The position numbers were made by a program, and so were the translations under genes. Positions 1 through 9,683 of a stretch of 64,000 nucleotides of DNA are shown piece by piece (positions within the stretch are counted from its first letter, which is position 1; each line of letters opens with the position of its first letter). Source of the DNA: Vulcanimicrobiota bacterium (GTDB lineage: Bacteria; Vulcanimicrobiota; Vulcanimicrobiia; Vulcanimicrobiales; Vulcanimicrobiaceae); contig CAWAXX010000009.1 of assembly GCA_963786105.1 (NCBI GenBank), forward strand, positions 1 to 64,000. Direction: 5' to 3'. The notes under the pieces were generated by a model. That model searched no databases. It was given only the letters and a program-made list of their open reading frames with translations, and was not told where the DNA came from.

Positions 1-1319
1 TTAGCGCGGGGGTTGGTGGCGACGGTCGCCGCCGCCACCTTGACCCTGGCCTTGACCTTGACCCTGGGGCGGCTGCTGTTGGCGTTGAGGCGGTGTCTGC
101 TGCTGACGCGGTGCTGCAAACTGTTGTGCTGTCGCGGCGGACCAAACTGATTCGGCTGCCGAGGCTGTCCGTACGGATTTGCCTGGCGCGGCGCGCCGTA
201 CGGATTCGCCTGGCGCGGCGCGTTGTATGGATTTCCTTGGCGCTGGCCGCCGTACGGTTGCGGCGCGTATTGCGGTGCGGCATAGCGCGCTGCAGGGTAG
301 CGCGGTGCAGCGTACGCAGCCGGTGCTCGAACCTGCGCGGCGGCTGTGGAAGCCGCGGGAGCGCCTTGCATTTCGGACTGCACCTGCGGATGCGAGCGCA
401 CCGAGCCGTTATAAAGGTAGACCGAGCCGCTCTTGCTGACGGCCGTCACGACCGGGCCACCGCCGCGAACCGTTTCCTGCGCCGTGTTGGGGTTGCCGCG
501 CAGCGTGCCGGCGTTGTTGTGAAAGCTCGAGACGATGTGCCCGGAGCCGCTGTGGGCGCCGATTTGCGCGCCGCCCCGCACGCCCAGCGCCACGTTGCCG
601 TGATCGGATTCGAAGCGCGCGAGTCCCGGTTGGAACTTGCCGTTGTCGTACACGATCGATCCGTATCTGCTGGACGCCTCGATTTGATGCGACGTGCAGC
701 CGCGAAACGTCATGTTCCCGGTCGCGGTGCGCACGCGCAGCCGGTTGAACGACGAGTCCGATGCGTCGACCGGCCCGCGGAGCGATTCGACGTAGCCGCT
801 GCCGTCGACGTGGTTTAACGCGATTCCGCCGTCGCGGACGTGCGCGATGAAGACCCCGTGGTAGCCGTTGAGATTGACCTGGCCGGTGCCGACGTGCGCC
901 GTCACCAGCGCGGTGCCGCGGGGAATCATGATCGTCGTGTTGCCTTCGCCGCGCGCCACCACGGCGTCGTGCGACGAACCGGCCAGCGGCGGCATCACGA
1001 ACGATTCTTCGGGCAGCGTCACGTCGCCGTGGTCGGTCGAGACGGTTTGCGACCAGGCGGTGTACTGCCGCGGAATTCGCGGGTCGGCATTGGCAGCATC
1101 GACATGGCGAACCTCGACCTGGCCGTCGGTGGCCACCTGCACCTGCGGACGATCCCAAGTCTTGACGGTCAGCGTTCCGCTTTGGAGCTGCACGTCGAGC
1201 CACGGATTTTGGCCTACGCCGAATTGCTCGTCGGCGCTTGCGCGCGCCGCGAGGCCGATCCAGCACGAGAAGGCGAGAACGAGCGCTGCCGCTCCCCGCC
1301 ACCGCCATTGTCCGAGCAC
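1..1319 (-). CDS. Secreted DUF4097-like beta-strand repeat protein with Gln/Pro/Gly-rich C-terminal tail (frameshift near 130)
   Basis: Manual translation from GTG 1319: MLGQWRWRGAAALVLAFSCWIGLAARASADEQFGVGQNPWLDVQLQSGTLTVKTWD..., with signal peptide. The QQQ/GQGQG tail ends at TAA 1-3 in a different frame. Missing from the ORF track. Confidence 0.65.
   Translation of the reverse strand, partial: MLGQWRWRGAAALVLAFSCWIGLAARASADEQFGVGQNPWLDVQLQSGTLTVKTWDRPQVQVATDGQVEVRHVDAANADPRIPRQYTAWSQTVSTDHGDVTLPEESFVMPPLAGSSHDAVVARGEGNTTIMIPRGTALVTAHVGTGQVNLNGYHGVFIAHVRDGGIALNHVDGSGYVESLRGPVDASDSSFNRLRVRTATGNMTFRGCTSHQIEASSRYGSIVYDNGKFQPGLARFESDHGNVALGVRGGAQIGAHSGSGHIVSSFHNNAGTLRGNPNTAQETVRGGGPVVTAVSKSGSVYLYNGSVRSHPQVQSEMQGAPAASTAAAQVRAPAAYAAPRYPAARYAAPQYAPQPYGGQRQGNPYNAPRQANPYGAPRQANPYGQPRQPNQFGPPRQHNSLQHRVSSRHRLNANSSRPRVKVKARVKVAAATVATNPRA
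170..257 (-). repeat. ~27-bp coding tandem repeat (NPYGAPRQA-like)
   Basis: cgtacggatt(t/c)gcctggcgcggcgcg occurs about 3 times. Confidence 0.75.
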
Positions 1320-1351
1320 GGCTCTATTGTATCCGGCGGCCTTCCCCGCCA

Positions 1352-2768
1352 TCATGAAGGGCCGGTGAGCCCTAGCGCCATCTGCGGAAACGTCACCCGG
1401 AAAAGCGCTCCGCCGCGCGGCCCTCGCCCGGCCGTCACCCGCCCCCCGTGTACCCTGGCGATCGAGCGGACGATCGCCAGGCCGAGGCCGGTCCCGGGGA
1501 CGGTCCTGGAACGCGCCTTGTCGGCGCGGTAGAAGCGGTCGAAAATGCTCGGCAGCTCGTCTTCGGGGATCCCGGGTCCGCTGTCGGAGACCTCGAGCCA
1601 GGCCGCGTCGCGGTCGCCGCCCACCCGTACGTCGACGCCCCCCCTCTCGGTGAACTTGACGGCGTTGTCGACCAGGTTGGCCGTCAGCTGTCGCAGCAAA
1701 CCGGGATCGCCGAGGACGGTCGGGGTTCCGTCGTGAGCAAAGTCGAGCTCGAGATGCTTGGCCTGCGCGCGCGGCAACGCTTGCCGGGTGACGTCGCTGG
1801 CGACCTGCGCGAGCGATACCGGCTCCTTGGGCATGTCGTCGCCGCGATCGGCTTTGGCCAGCGTCAGCATGCCGTTGACCATCTCGGCCAGCGCGCCGCT
1901 TTCGTGCGCGATCGTCTCGAGGCTTTCGCGGCGAATTTCGGGGTTGCGGTCGGCCCAGCGCAACAGCATTTGGGCGTTGGAGTTGATCGACGTCAGCGGC
2001 GTCTTGAGCTCGTGCGAGGCGTCGGAAATGAACTGCCGCTCGCGCGCGAACGCTTCGGCGAGGCGCTGCAGCAAATCGTCGAAACTCGCCGCCAACTTTC
2101 CGATTTCGTCGTTACGGTGCTCCCAGTGCAAACGGCGGTCGAGGTGGTCCGACCCGATTTGCCGCATCGCTTCCGAAAGTTTATTGATCGGCGTGGTGGC
2201 TTGCCCGGCCAGCACGATCGAGAAAAGCACGACCGCGACCGCGGCTGCTGCGAGAATCAGGACGATCGCTTGACGCGCTCGCGCAAACGTTTGGTTGAGC
2301 TCGTCGAGCGGCTCGGCCACGTGAACGATCGCCGAGGTATCGCCCTGCTTCAAGAAGCGATCTTCGACCAAGAAGGGCCGACCGTCGATCGAGACGTTGC
2401 GAATCTCCGTCTCGTGTTTGGCCGAAACGTGGGTGTTCGGCGGGATCGTCGAGCTTGCCGAGGTTGGCGGTCTTGGCCAGCGGATAGCCGTCCGCGGAGT
2501 CGACCTGAACGAAGCTATTCGACGTGTTCCAGTTTGCCAGATTGCTGCTGTTGAAGAGAAACTGCAGGCTTCCGGTCGTGCCGCCAAAGGAGAACGGATT
2601 GGTCTGTTCGGCCGACTGCACGATAGCGCGCATCGTGGTCGAGACGCTCGCCTTGGTTTCGTCGTACAGAATGCCCTGAAACCGCCAGACGATGATGCCG
2701 GAGGTCACCGCCAGCACCACGATCAGCAGCGACGCGTACCAAATGGCGATGCGCCACTTCAGCGACAC
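1352..2768 (-). CDS. HAMP-domain sensor histidine kinase (frameshift ~2455)
   Basis: N-terminal TM in ORF 2181..2768. Second TM, HAMP, H-box ASHELKTPL, N-box NLVDNAVKF and G-boxes DSGPGI/GTGLGL in ORF 1352..2587. Confidence 0.9.
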
Positions 2769-2792
2769 GGCCGGAAGCCGTTCCGCAAGCTG

Positions 2793-3458
2793 CTAATCCT
2801 TGATGGTATAACCGACGCCGCGTACCGTCGTGATCAGCTTGTCGTCGAAACCGTCGTCGATTTTGCCCCGCAGGTAGCGCACGTAGACGTCGATGAGGTT
2901 AGAGTCGCCGAGAAAGTCGCTCCCCCAGACGCCGTTGAAAAGCTCGTCGCGGGTGTGGACTTTGTTGCGATGCAGCAGCAGGTATTCGAGCAGCGCGTAC
3001 TCTTTGGCGGTCAGCGAAATCGCGCGGCCGCCGCGATGCACTTCGTGGCGGTCGCGATCCATCACGACGTCGCGGTACTCGATCACGTTCGACTGCGGCG
3101 AGCGCTCGCGTAACCGCGCGCGCACGCGGGCGAGCAACTCGGGCGTGGAAAATGGTTTGGTGACGTAGTCGTCGGCGCCCAAGTCGAGACCGGCGACGCG
3201 ATCGGGAACGCGGTCCTTCGCCGTCAGCATGATGATCGGTACGGTGCTCTTGGCGCGGATGCGCCGGCAGACTTCGAGTCCGTCCATACGCGGGATCATC
3301 AGGTCGAGGATGACCAGATCGGGTTCTTTGAGGGCTTTTTCCAGGCCCGCCAGACCGTCGCGCGCCACGTCGACGTCGTAATGCTCGTGTTCGAGTTCGA
3401 GCTGAAGCACGCGGCTGATCGCCGCGTCGTCCTCGATGACGAGGATCCGATAGGTTAT
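2793..3458 (-). CDS. OmpR/MprA-family response regulator (apparent ATA start)
   Basis: YRILVIEDD...ILDLMIP...LTAKD...GADDYVTKPF receiver domain plus winged helix TVRGVGY. Confidence 0.92.
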   Translation of the reverse strand: MTYRILVIEDDAAISRVLQLELEHEHYDVDVARDGLAGLEKALKEPDLVILDLMIPRMDGLEVCRRIRAKSTVPIIMLTAKDRVPDRVAGLDLGADDYVTKPFSTPELLARVRARLRERSPQSNVIEYRDVVMDRDRHEVHRGGRAISLTAKEYALLEYLLLHRNKVHTRDELFNGVWGSDFLGDSNLIDVYVRYLRGKIDDGFDDKLITTVRGVGYTIKD

Positions 3459-3838
3459 CGGCCGTTCCTCCGGCCGAACCTCCGAACCGCGGGTGCAAAC
3501 GGTTGCGATCCGGTGAAGATCGAGAGCCAGAACGCGGTCATCGCACCGGTCGCCAGCCAGGCGAGCATCGTAACGTTGGAGAGACCGCTTTCGATCGTCG
3601 AGGCGATGGTGCCGAGCGTGTGAACGAACAAGCCGCCGCCGCCCATGGCGATCAGCACGACCAGCCAGACCGTAACGGCCGCGATCGCGCCGAGTCCGGC
3701 GACTTCCCAGACGGAGAACGGCGATGCCGGGCGATAGGCGGTAGCCGCCAGAATCGCGCCCCGCAGTTCGGCCGGCGGCTCCTCCAGGGGGAGGGCGAAC
3801 AGTGCCCGGTCGATCGCGTCGTCGCTGTCGTACATCAT
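3455..3838 (-). CDS. Putative anti-sigma membrane protein
   Basis: ATGA-coupled to the ECF sigma gene. Short soluble N-terminus (LEEPPAELRGAIL) followed by TM helices. Confidence 0.6.
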   Translation of the reverse strand: MMYDSDDAIDRALFALPLEEPPAELRGAILAATAYRPASPFSVWEVAGLGAIAAVTVWLVVLIAMGGGGLFVHTLGTIASTIESGLSNVTMLAWLATGAMTAFWLSIFTGSQPFAPAVRRFGRRNGR

Positions 3839-4422
3839 GATTCCGTTACCTCCGCTCCGCCGAGAAGCCTGCGTAGATGCTCCTTTGCGCGAAACAAATG
3901 TGTCTTCACCGTACCCATCGGCAGCTCGAGCACCTTGGCGATCTCTTCGTACTGCTTGCCTTGTAAATGATAGAGGGTGATGACCGTGCGGTATTTTTCG
4001 GGCAGCGCGTCGATGGCGCTGCGGAGCCGTTGTGCTTCGTCCAGCGCGATCGCTTGCTGCTCGGGACCAGGCCCCGCGTCGGCCCGGTCGGGAAGTTCCT
4101 CATTACTATAACGTTTGCGGCGGTTCAAGCGGTCGCAACAGGCATGATAGGCGATCGCAAAAATCCAGGTGCTGAACTTGGCCCCGGGCCGGAACGTCCG
4201 CAAGCTACGGAACGCTTTGAAGAAGGCTTCCTGGGTCGCGTCCCGGGCGTCTTCTACGTCGTGGAGCGTGCGGTACGCCAGATGGTACACGGCGCGGTCG
4301 TAGCGCTCGACCAGGGTCGCAAACGCCTCCGGGTTGCCCCGGATCGTCAGTGCAACCAGCTCGCCATCGTCGGGGGCAGCCCTCATACGTTCGAAGCGCG
4401 GGGCCTGCGCAAGTGCCGCCAC
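3835..4422 (-). CDS. ECF RNA polymerase sigma factor (SigW/RpoE-like)
   Basis: Region 2 DATQEAFFKAF/FSTWIFAIA; region 4 YEEIAKVLELPMGTVKTHLFRA. Confidence 0.93.
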   Translation of the reverse strand: MAALAQAPRFERMRAAPDDGELVALTIRGNPEAFATLVERYDRAVYHLAYRTLHDVEDARDATQEAFFKAFRSLRTFRPGAKFSTWIFAIAYHACCDRLNRRKRYSNEELPDRADAGPGPEQQAIALDEAQRLRSAIDALPEKYRTVITLYHLQGKQYEEIAKVLELPMGTVKTHLFRAKEHLRRLLGGAEVTES

Positions 4423-4430
4423 GCTCTTCC

Positions 4431-4456
4431 TACGGGCCTGCGGGGCGCGATGTTTC
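4431..4456 (-). promoter_or_regulatory. SigW-like promoter (GAAAC-N17-CGTA) for the ECF sigma gene
   Basis: Matches the B. subtilis SigW consensus TGAAAC-N16/17-CGTA and lies 8 nt from the GTG start. Confidence 0.6.
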
Positions 4457-4492
4457 GCCCGGGACGGCGCTCCGGCTGCCGGAGGGCTCCTC

Positions 4493-4517
4493 GAAACATG
4501 TCGTTCCCCCGGCCGTA
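4493..4517 (+). promoter_or_regulatory. SigW-like promoter (GAAAC-N16-CGTA) for the DUF4097 operon
   Basis: gaaac atgtcgttcccccggc cgta. Confidence 0.55.
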
Positions 4518-4674
4518 ACTAGGACAGAAACCCAAAACGGAGGCCTAACCCGATCATGGTGATCATACCGAACTACATTCTTTCCGAACCGGCCCGGCCA
4601 ACGGTGAACGCACCGGAACGGAACTCCGCCCAGTCGCTGCGCCCCACCTTCACGGGCTGGGGACCCAGGATATA

Positions 4675-5598
4675 ATGTCGCGCTCGTCGCTGGTTGCGAT
4701 GCTGATCGCGGTCGAAGTGCTCATCGTCGGCATGGCGGTCTACGCGGTGCACGGCGCCCACTCGATGCATAGCGCCGATTTCGTCGCGAGATCGATTGCT
4801 CCGGTAGCGGCGGGTACCGCGCCGCGTATCGCCGTCGACGACGTCGACTCGCGCGTCGTGGTGGCGGAATCGTCCGACGGGCTGGTGCACGTCAAAGATC
4901 TTACCAACGCGGGCGGAACGTTCTTCGGCGATCGTCTCGCGATCCAGCAGCTCGACGTCAAGCGTACTGCCGACGGCGTCTCGATTTCGCGACCCGGCTC
5001 CAAAGACTCCGGCTTGCATTTCCAACTCGGGTGGTTCGAGCGCCGCGTCGAAATCGACGTGCCGGCCGGATCGCACGTCGACATCGCACGCTGTGCCGGT
5101 GCCGAGATCTCCGGCATCCAAGGCGGCGTGACCGTGACATCGCAAGACGGACGCATCGTGCTCGCCGACTTGCAAGGCACGATCGACGCGAAGAGCGACG
5201 ACGGATCGATTTCGGCGTCGCGCATTCGCGGCGACAACCTGTCGCTGCAATCGGCCGACGGCCGGCTCACGTTGATCGACGTATCCGCGTCCTCGCTGGA
5301 CGCGCAAACCAAAGACGGCAGTATCGAAGCGCGCGATCTCTCGATCGCGGGCGGAGCGCAGCACGCGGTGCTGCACACCGGCGACGGCTCGATTCGGGTG
5401 GCGCTGGCGGCTCGCGCCGATCTCACGGTCGACGCATCGACGAGCGACGGCAAGGTCATCGTCGACGGACAATCTTTCAGAAACGCCGGCGACGGCGACT
5501 CGACGCAACACACCGTCCGGCTCGGAAGCGGCTCGGGAACCCTGCAGCTTTCGAGTGACGACGGATCGATTCACATCAATACGAACGGAGCGGTCTAA
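4675..5598 (+). CDS. Membrane-anchored DUF4097 beta-strand repeat protein
   Basis: N-terminal TM; repeated (S/T)xDG(S/R)I motifs. Confidence 0.8.
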   Translation: MSRSSLVAMLIAVEVLIVGMAVYAVHGAHSMHSADFVARSIAPVAAGTAPRIAVDDVDSRVVVAESSDGLVHVKDLTNAGGTFFGDRLAIQQLDVKRTADGVSISRPGSKDSGLHFQLGWFERRVEIDVPAGSHVDIARCAGAEISGIQGGVTVTSQDGRIVLADLQGTIDAKSDDGSISASRIRGDNLSLQSADGRLTLIDVSASSLDAQTKDGSIEARDLSIAGGAQHAVLHTGDGSIRVALAARADLTVDASTSDGKVIVDGQSFRNAGDGDSTQHTVRLGSGSGTLQLSSDDGSIHINTNGAV

Positions 5599-5603
5599 CC
5601 CAA

Positions 5604-6230
5604 ATGTCTTCAGCAGAAACTATCGTCCCCGTCATGTTCTTCCTCATCGTCGTCGGTGCGCCGGTGGCCGCGTGGGTCATCTCGCGCGTGCTCGCGCACC
5701 AAGAACGAATGGAGATGCTGCGTCGCGGCTTCACGCCGCCGCCCGATCCGCGTATGATGCGCAACGCGATGAAGTACGGCGCGAAAGCCGGATGGGCGCC
5801 GGGAACGGTCCCGCCGCCCGGATGGACTCCGCCCGGTGCCTACGACCCGGCATACTACGCGCAGCACCAACTGCGGCGCGGAATTCAGGTGGCGTTCATC
5901 GGCTTCGCTTTACTGATCGGGCTCTCGTTCATCGGCTTCCACGACGGCCGGTACGTCTACGGACCCTGGCTACTGGGTGGACTGATTCCGATGTTCGTGG
6001 GCATCGCCCAGATCATCAGCGCGGTGCTGAGCGGCGCGCAGATCACCCCGATGGGGGCCTCCACAGCCGCCGGATCGCGCTTCGGGCCGCCCGAGCACGG
6101 CGCCGACGTTCCGCCGGCGGCTCCGGCCGGGGCCAACGTCCCGCCTCCGCCACCGGGCTCTTACGGCGGATGGCGACCCGGGCCGACGCCGGAGATTGAG
6201 AAGCCCGCCGGCCCACCGGATCGCTTGTAA
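5604..6230 (+). CDS. Membrane protein, DUF6249-like, Pro-rich
   Basis: TM-HQERMEMLRRG, LRRGI...GLIPMFVGIA pattern. Confidence 0.65.
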   Translation: MSSAETIVPVMFFLIVVGAPVAAWVISRVLAHQERMEMLRRGFTPPPDPRMMRNAMKYGAKAGWAPGTVPPPGWTPPGAYDPAYYAQHQLRRGIQVAFIGFALLIGLSFIGFHDGRYVYGPWLLGGLIPMFVGIAQIISAVLSGAQITPMGASTAAGSRFGPPEHGADVPPAAPAGANVPPPPPGSYGGWRPGPTPEIEKPAGPPDRL

Positions 6231-6264
6231 CGACTCCCTCGGACTTCTAGGCTCCCTGCTGAAG

Positions 6265-6301
6265 AAAAACGATGCCGCCGGTCGTCAGACCGGCGGCATC
6301 G
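6265..6301. terminator. Intrinsic terminator between convergent genes (U-tract on minus strand)
   Basis: gatgccgccggtc-gtca-gaccggcggcatc preceded by aaaaac. Confidence 0.8.
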
Positions 6302-6343
6302 ACACTTTCAGAAAGATGGAAAAGTCGTTAAGGACTAAGACGT

Positions 6344-6484
6344 TTACTTACAGGAGACTAGGGCCATTGCCCAGCCGGCGGCGGTGCGTGTTCTGACGAG
6401 ATATCCGTCCGCAGTCCGGTCGTATACCTGGTATCCGGCTCGCAGTGCGTCAGCCAGTGATTTGAAGACGATCAGACCTGCCAT
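6344..6484 (-). CDS. Small 46-aa hypothetical protein
   Basis: MAGLIVFKSLADALRAGYQVYDRTADGYLVRTRTAAGWAMALVSCK; SD AGGAAAGGAGG, upstream TTGCTA-17-TATAGA promoter, downstream terminator. Confidence 0.75.
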   Translation of the reverse strand: MAGLIVFKSLADALRAGYQVYDRTADGYLVRTRTAAGWAMALVSCK

Positions 6485-6599
6485 CTACGGACCCTCCTTT
6501 CCTGTTCTTACTGCTCTATACCGTATAACGGTCAATGTAGCAAGTCGGTTCAGCCTTTTTCGCAAAGTTTTTTTAAGATTCGGCGAAAATGCGGTGAGA

Positions 6600-7428
6600 A
6601 TGATGCCGACGATTGAGTGCGACAGCCGCGTTCATGACACGCAAGTCACCGATCGCAGCGAACTCGCTCCAGGCGTGATTCTGCTGGGTTTGCACGCTCC
6701 CGACCTGGTGCGCGCAACGCGCGCAGGGCAGTACGTCATGGCGGTTCCGCCGACCGGTGAAGCCGCAGCGACGGCACTGGGAATTTATGAAGCCCAAGGC
6801 GAGCGTGCAAGCCTGTTGTTTTTCCTAACGGGCAAGCGTACGCGCGAGCTCGGCGAGTTGCGTCCCGGGGATCCGCTCGCGCTCGTCGGGCCGCTCGGCA
6901 ACGGCTTCGATCTGTCACCCGGAATCAAACACGCGGTCATCGTCGCCGGCGGAGTCGGCATCGCGTCGGTGCTGCTGGCCGCGCAACGGCTGGTGGCCGC
7001 CGGCACGCGCGTCGAGTTGCTCTACGGCGCACGCAACGCCACGGCGCTGGTCGACGCGCAGCGCTTTGCGGAGGCCGGATGCGAACTCGCACTGGCAACC
7101 GACGACGGCAGCGCCGGGCACCACGGATTCGTCACCGCATTGCTCGAGCGCCGCGCACATGCCGGAGCTGATCTTGGCGTGCGGACCGTCTCCTATGCTG
7201 CGCGCGGTTGGCCGTATCGCCGCCGAACGCGGGGTGCGCGCTCAGTTGTCGCTCGAGGAAACGTTCGCATGCGGCGTGGGCGGTTGCTGGGGATGCGTCG
7301 TCCCGCTGGTGCGCACGTCGGCGCAAGCTCCCAGCTTTCCGCCGGCATCGCAGGGCGGCAGCGACGTCGTCTACGCGCGCATTTGCAAAGAAGGTCCGGT
7401 CTTCTTCAACGACGAGTTGAGGTGGTGA
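6600..7428 (+). CDS. pyrK: Dihydroorotate dehydrogenase electron transfer subunit (frameshift ~7160)
   Basis: GPLGNGF and AGGVGIA in frame 1; ACGP and CGVGGCWGC...ICKEGPVF 2Fe-2S motif in frame 2; lies upstream of pyrD. Confidence 0.88.
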
Positions 7429-7429
7429 G

Positions 7430-8392
7430 GTGATCACGGCGCAGCCAAGTCTCGCGGTCAAGCTCGGAAAGCTGCAGCTGGCCTATCCGACGCTCATGGG
7501 AAGCGGCTGTTACGGATCCGGCGACGAGTTCGCGCCGTTCGCCGATCTCTCGAAGATCGGTGCGGTCGTGCTCAAGAGCGTCACCCGCCGCCCGCGCCTC
7601 GGAAATCCGACGCCGCGGCTCGTTCATACGCCGTCCGGCTTGCTCAACGCCATCGGCTTGCAAAATCCGGGCATCGATTGGTACGTCGAGCGCGAGGTGC
7701 CCAAGTATGCGAACCGGCCGTGTCCGCTGATCGGCAGCGTCGCCGGTTTTTCGATCGACGACTATGCGTACGTCTGCGAACGGCTCGCGAAATGCGATCC
7801 GATCGCGGCGATCGAGTTGAACATCTCGTGCCCCAACGTCGGAAGCGAAGGCGAAACGTTTGCGTGCGATCCGGAGCTCACTGCGCGCGTCGTACGCGCA
7901 GCGCGCGCGACCACCGACAAGACGCTCATCGTCAAACTCTCACCCAACGTGACCGATATTGCATCGATTGCACGCGTGGCCGAAGCCGCCGGCGCCGACG
8001 CGCTGGCGGTCATCAACACGGTGCGCGGCATGGGCATCGACGTCGAGACGTGGCGACCGCGCCTTGGCAACGTGACCGGCGGGCTGTCGGGCCCGGCCAT
8101 CCGACCGATCGCGGTGCTTGCCGTCTACGAGGTTGCGCGCGCGGTCTCGATTCCGATCGTCGGCCAGGGCGGCATTGAAACCGCAACCGACGCGCTGGAG
8201 TTCTTCCTGGCGGGCGCGACGGCGGTGAGCATCGGCACCGCAAACTTCACCGATCCGCGCATCCCCGAGCGAATCGTCGCCGAACTGCAAGCCTACCTTC
8301 GGCGGCGCGAGCTCTCGACGATCGGGGAGATCGTCGGCAAGGCCAACGTCGGGTTCGCCGACGCGCATGAGTACGAAGGAGACGAGGGATAG
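7430..8392 (+). CDS. pyrD: Dihydroorotate dehydrogenase, family 1B catalytic subunit
   Basis: NAIGLQNPG, ELNISCPN, KLSPN, GGLSGPAI. Confidence 0.95.
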   Translation: MITAQPSLAVKLGKLQLAYPTLMGSGCYGSGDEFAPFADLSKIGAVVLKSVTRRPRLGNPTPRLVHTPSGLLNAIGLQNPGIDWYVEREVPKYANRPCPLIGSVAGFSIDDYAYVCERLAKCDPIAAIELNISCPNVGSEGETFACDPELTARVVRAARATTDKTLIVKLSPNVTDIASIARVAEAAGADALAVINTVRGMGIDVETWRPRLGNVTGGLSGPAIRPIAVLAVYEVARAVSIPIVGQGGIETATDALEFFLAGATAVSIGTANFTDPRIPERIVAELQAYLRRRELSTIGEIVGKANVGFADAHEYEGDEG

Positions 8393-8394
8393 CC

Positions 8395-9114
8395 GTGAGT
8401 GCACAACTGATCGTCGCGCTCGACGTGCCGGGACCGGGAGAGGCCGAACGGCTCATCGACCAGCTTTACGAGCTCGATCCGATCTTCAAGATCGGCTTGG
8501 AAGCGCTCTACGGATATCCGGAACGCATCTTCGCATACTGCGAAGCGCGCGACGTGCGCACGTTCATCGACGTCAAGCTGCACGATATTCCGCGAACCGT
8601 GGAAGCAGCGATGCGGCAGCTGGTACGGCCCAACGCGCACATCATCAACGTTCACGCGCTGGGCGGCAACGAGATGATGCGCGCGGCCGTCGAAGCCGCC
8701 AGCGAGCGCGCGGCGGAACTGGGCATCGCCGCACCGCAGATTTTCGCGGTGACGATTCTGACGAGCATCGCGCCCGAGGATCTCAACGAGCTCGGACTCC
8801 AGGGCGGTCCCGGCGAGAACGCGACGCGGCTCTCGGCACTGGCGCGCGACGCCGGCTGCTCGGGCGTGGTGTGCAGCGCGCACGAGGTGCGCGATTTGAA
8901 GCGGTTCTTCGGCGAGGACTTCCTCGCTCTGACGCCGGGGATTCGCCCGGTCGGCACCGCGCACGGCGATCAAAAACGCGCCGCATCTCCCGCGCAGGCT
9001 GTGGAGGCCGGTGCCGATTATCTGGTGGTCGGCCGGCCGATCACCGAAGCCGCCGATCCGCTGGCGGCCGCCAGGGCGATTCTCGACGAAATGCGCGAAA
9101 AACAACCGCAATGA
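8395..9114 (+). CDS. pyrF: Orotidine-5'-phosphate decarboxylase
   Basis: VALD, DVKLHDIPRT, TPGIRP, VVGRPI. Confidence 0.96.
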   Translation: MSAQLIVALDVPGPGEAERLIDQLYELDPIFKIGLEALYGYPERIFAYCEARDVRTFIDVKLHDIPRTVEAAMRQLVRPNAHIINVHALGGNEMMRAAVEAASERAAELGIAAPQIFAVTILTSIAPEDLNELGLQGGPGENATRLSALARDAGCSGVVCSAHEVRDLKRFFGEDFLALTPGIRPVGTAHGDQKRAASPAQAVEAGADYLVVGRPITEAADPLAAARAILDEMREKQPQ

Positions 9115-9683
9115 CGACGTCCGCACGCGCGCTGCTGGCGATGCTCGCCGACCGCGGTGCGTTGCTCGACGGACACTTTCGCTTGAGTTCCGGCCGTCAC
9201 AGCAATCGTTTCATCCAGAAGTTTCGCATCCTTGAAGATCCGTCGCTGGTCGAGCCGCTGGCGCGGGAAATTGCCGATGCGTTTCGCAAGGTGCGGCCGA
9301 CCGTCGTCGTCAGCGCGGCCGTCGGCGGCATCCTCCTCGGATACGAAGTTGCGCGCCACTTGCGTACGAAAGCGATGTTCGTGGAAAAGGAAAACGGCGT
9401 TCCGACGCTGCGCCGGAACTTCTCACTTGCCGGCGACGATCGCGCGCTGATCGTCGAAGACGTGGTCACGACCGGCCTCTCGGTACGCGAAGTTATGGAC
9501 GTGGTGCGAAGCCACGGCGCGCAAGTGGCGGGCGTCGGCGTGATCGTCATCCGCGGCGAGGCCGACTTCGGCGTGCCGACGCGCGCGCTGCTCGATCTGC
9601 CGATCGAATCGTACGATCCCGCCGAATGCCCGCAGTGCGCGGCCGGACAACCCGTCGACGATCCAGGATCGCGCCGTTCGTGA
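9111..9683 (+). CDS. pyrE: Orotate phosphoribosyltransferase
   Basis: GHFRLSSGRHS and PRPP motif VEDVVTTG; ATGA overlap with pyrF. Confidence 0.93.
   Translation: MTTSARALLAMLADRGALLDGHFRLSSGRHSNRFIQKFRILEDPSLVEPLAREIADAFRKVRPTVVVSAAVGGILLGYEVARHLRTKAMFVEKENGVPTLRRNFSLAGDDRALIVEDVVTTGLSVREVMDVVRSHGAQVAGVGVIVIRGEADFGVPTRALLDLPIESYDPAECPQCAAGQPVDDPGSRRS

Noticed and set aside
93..1532. Long ORF-track entries over the first gene
   Set aside because: GC-rich shadow or alternate frames; the real gene is the minus-strand frame starting at 1319.
6384..6599. N-terminal extension of pyrK in the ORF track
   Set aside because: It is antisense to the 46-aa gene and its promoter; pyrK homology starts near 6600.
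7100..7200. Programmed frameshift in pyrK or the other split genes
   Set aside because: No slippery heptamer or stimulator seen; the frequency fits assembly error.
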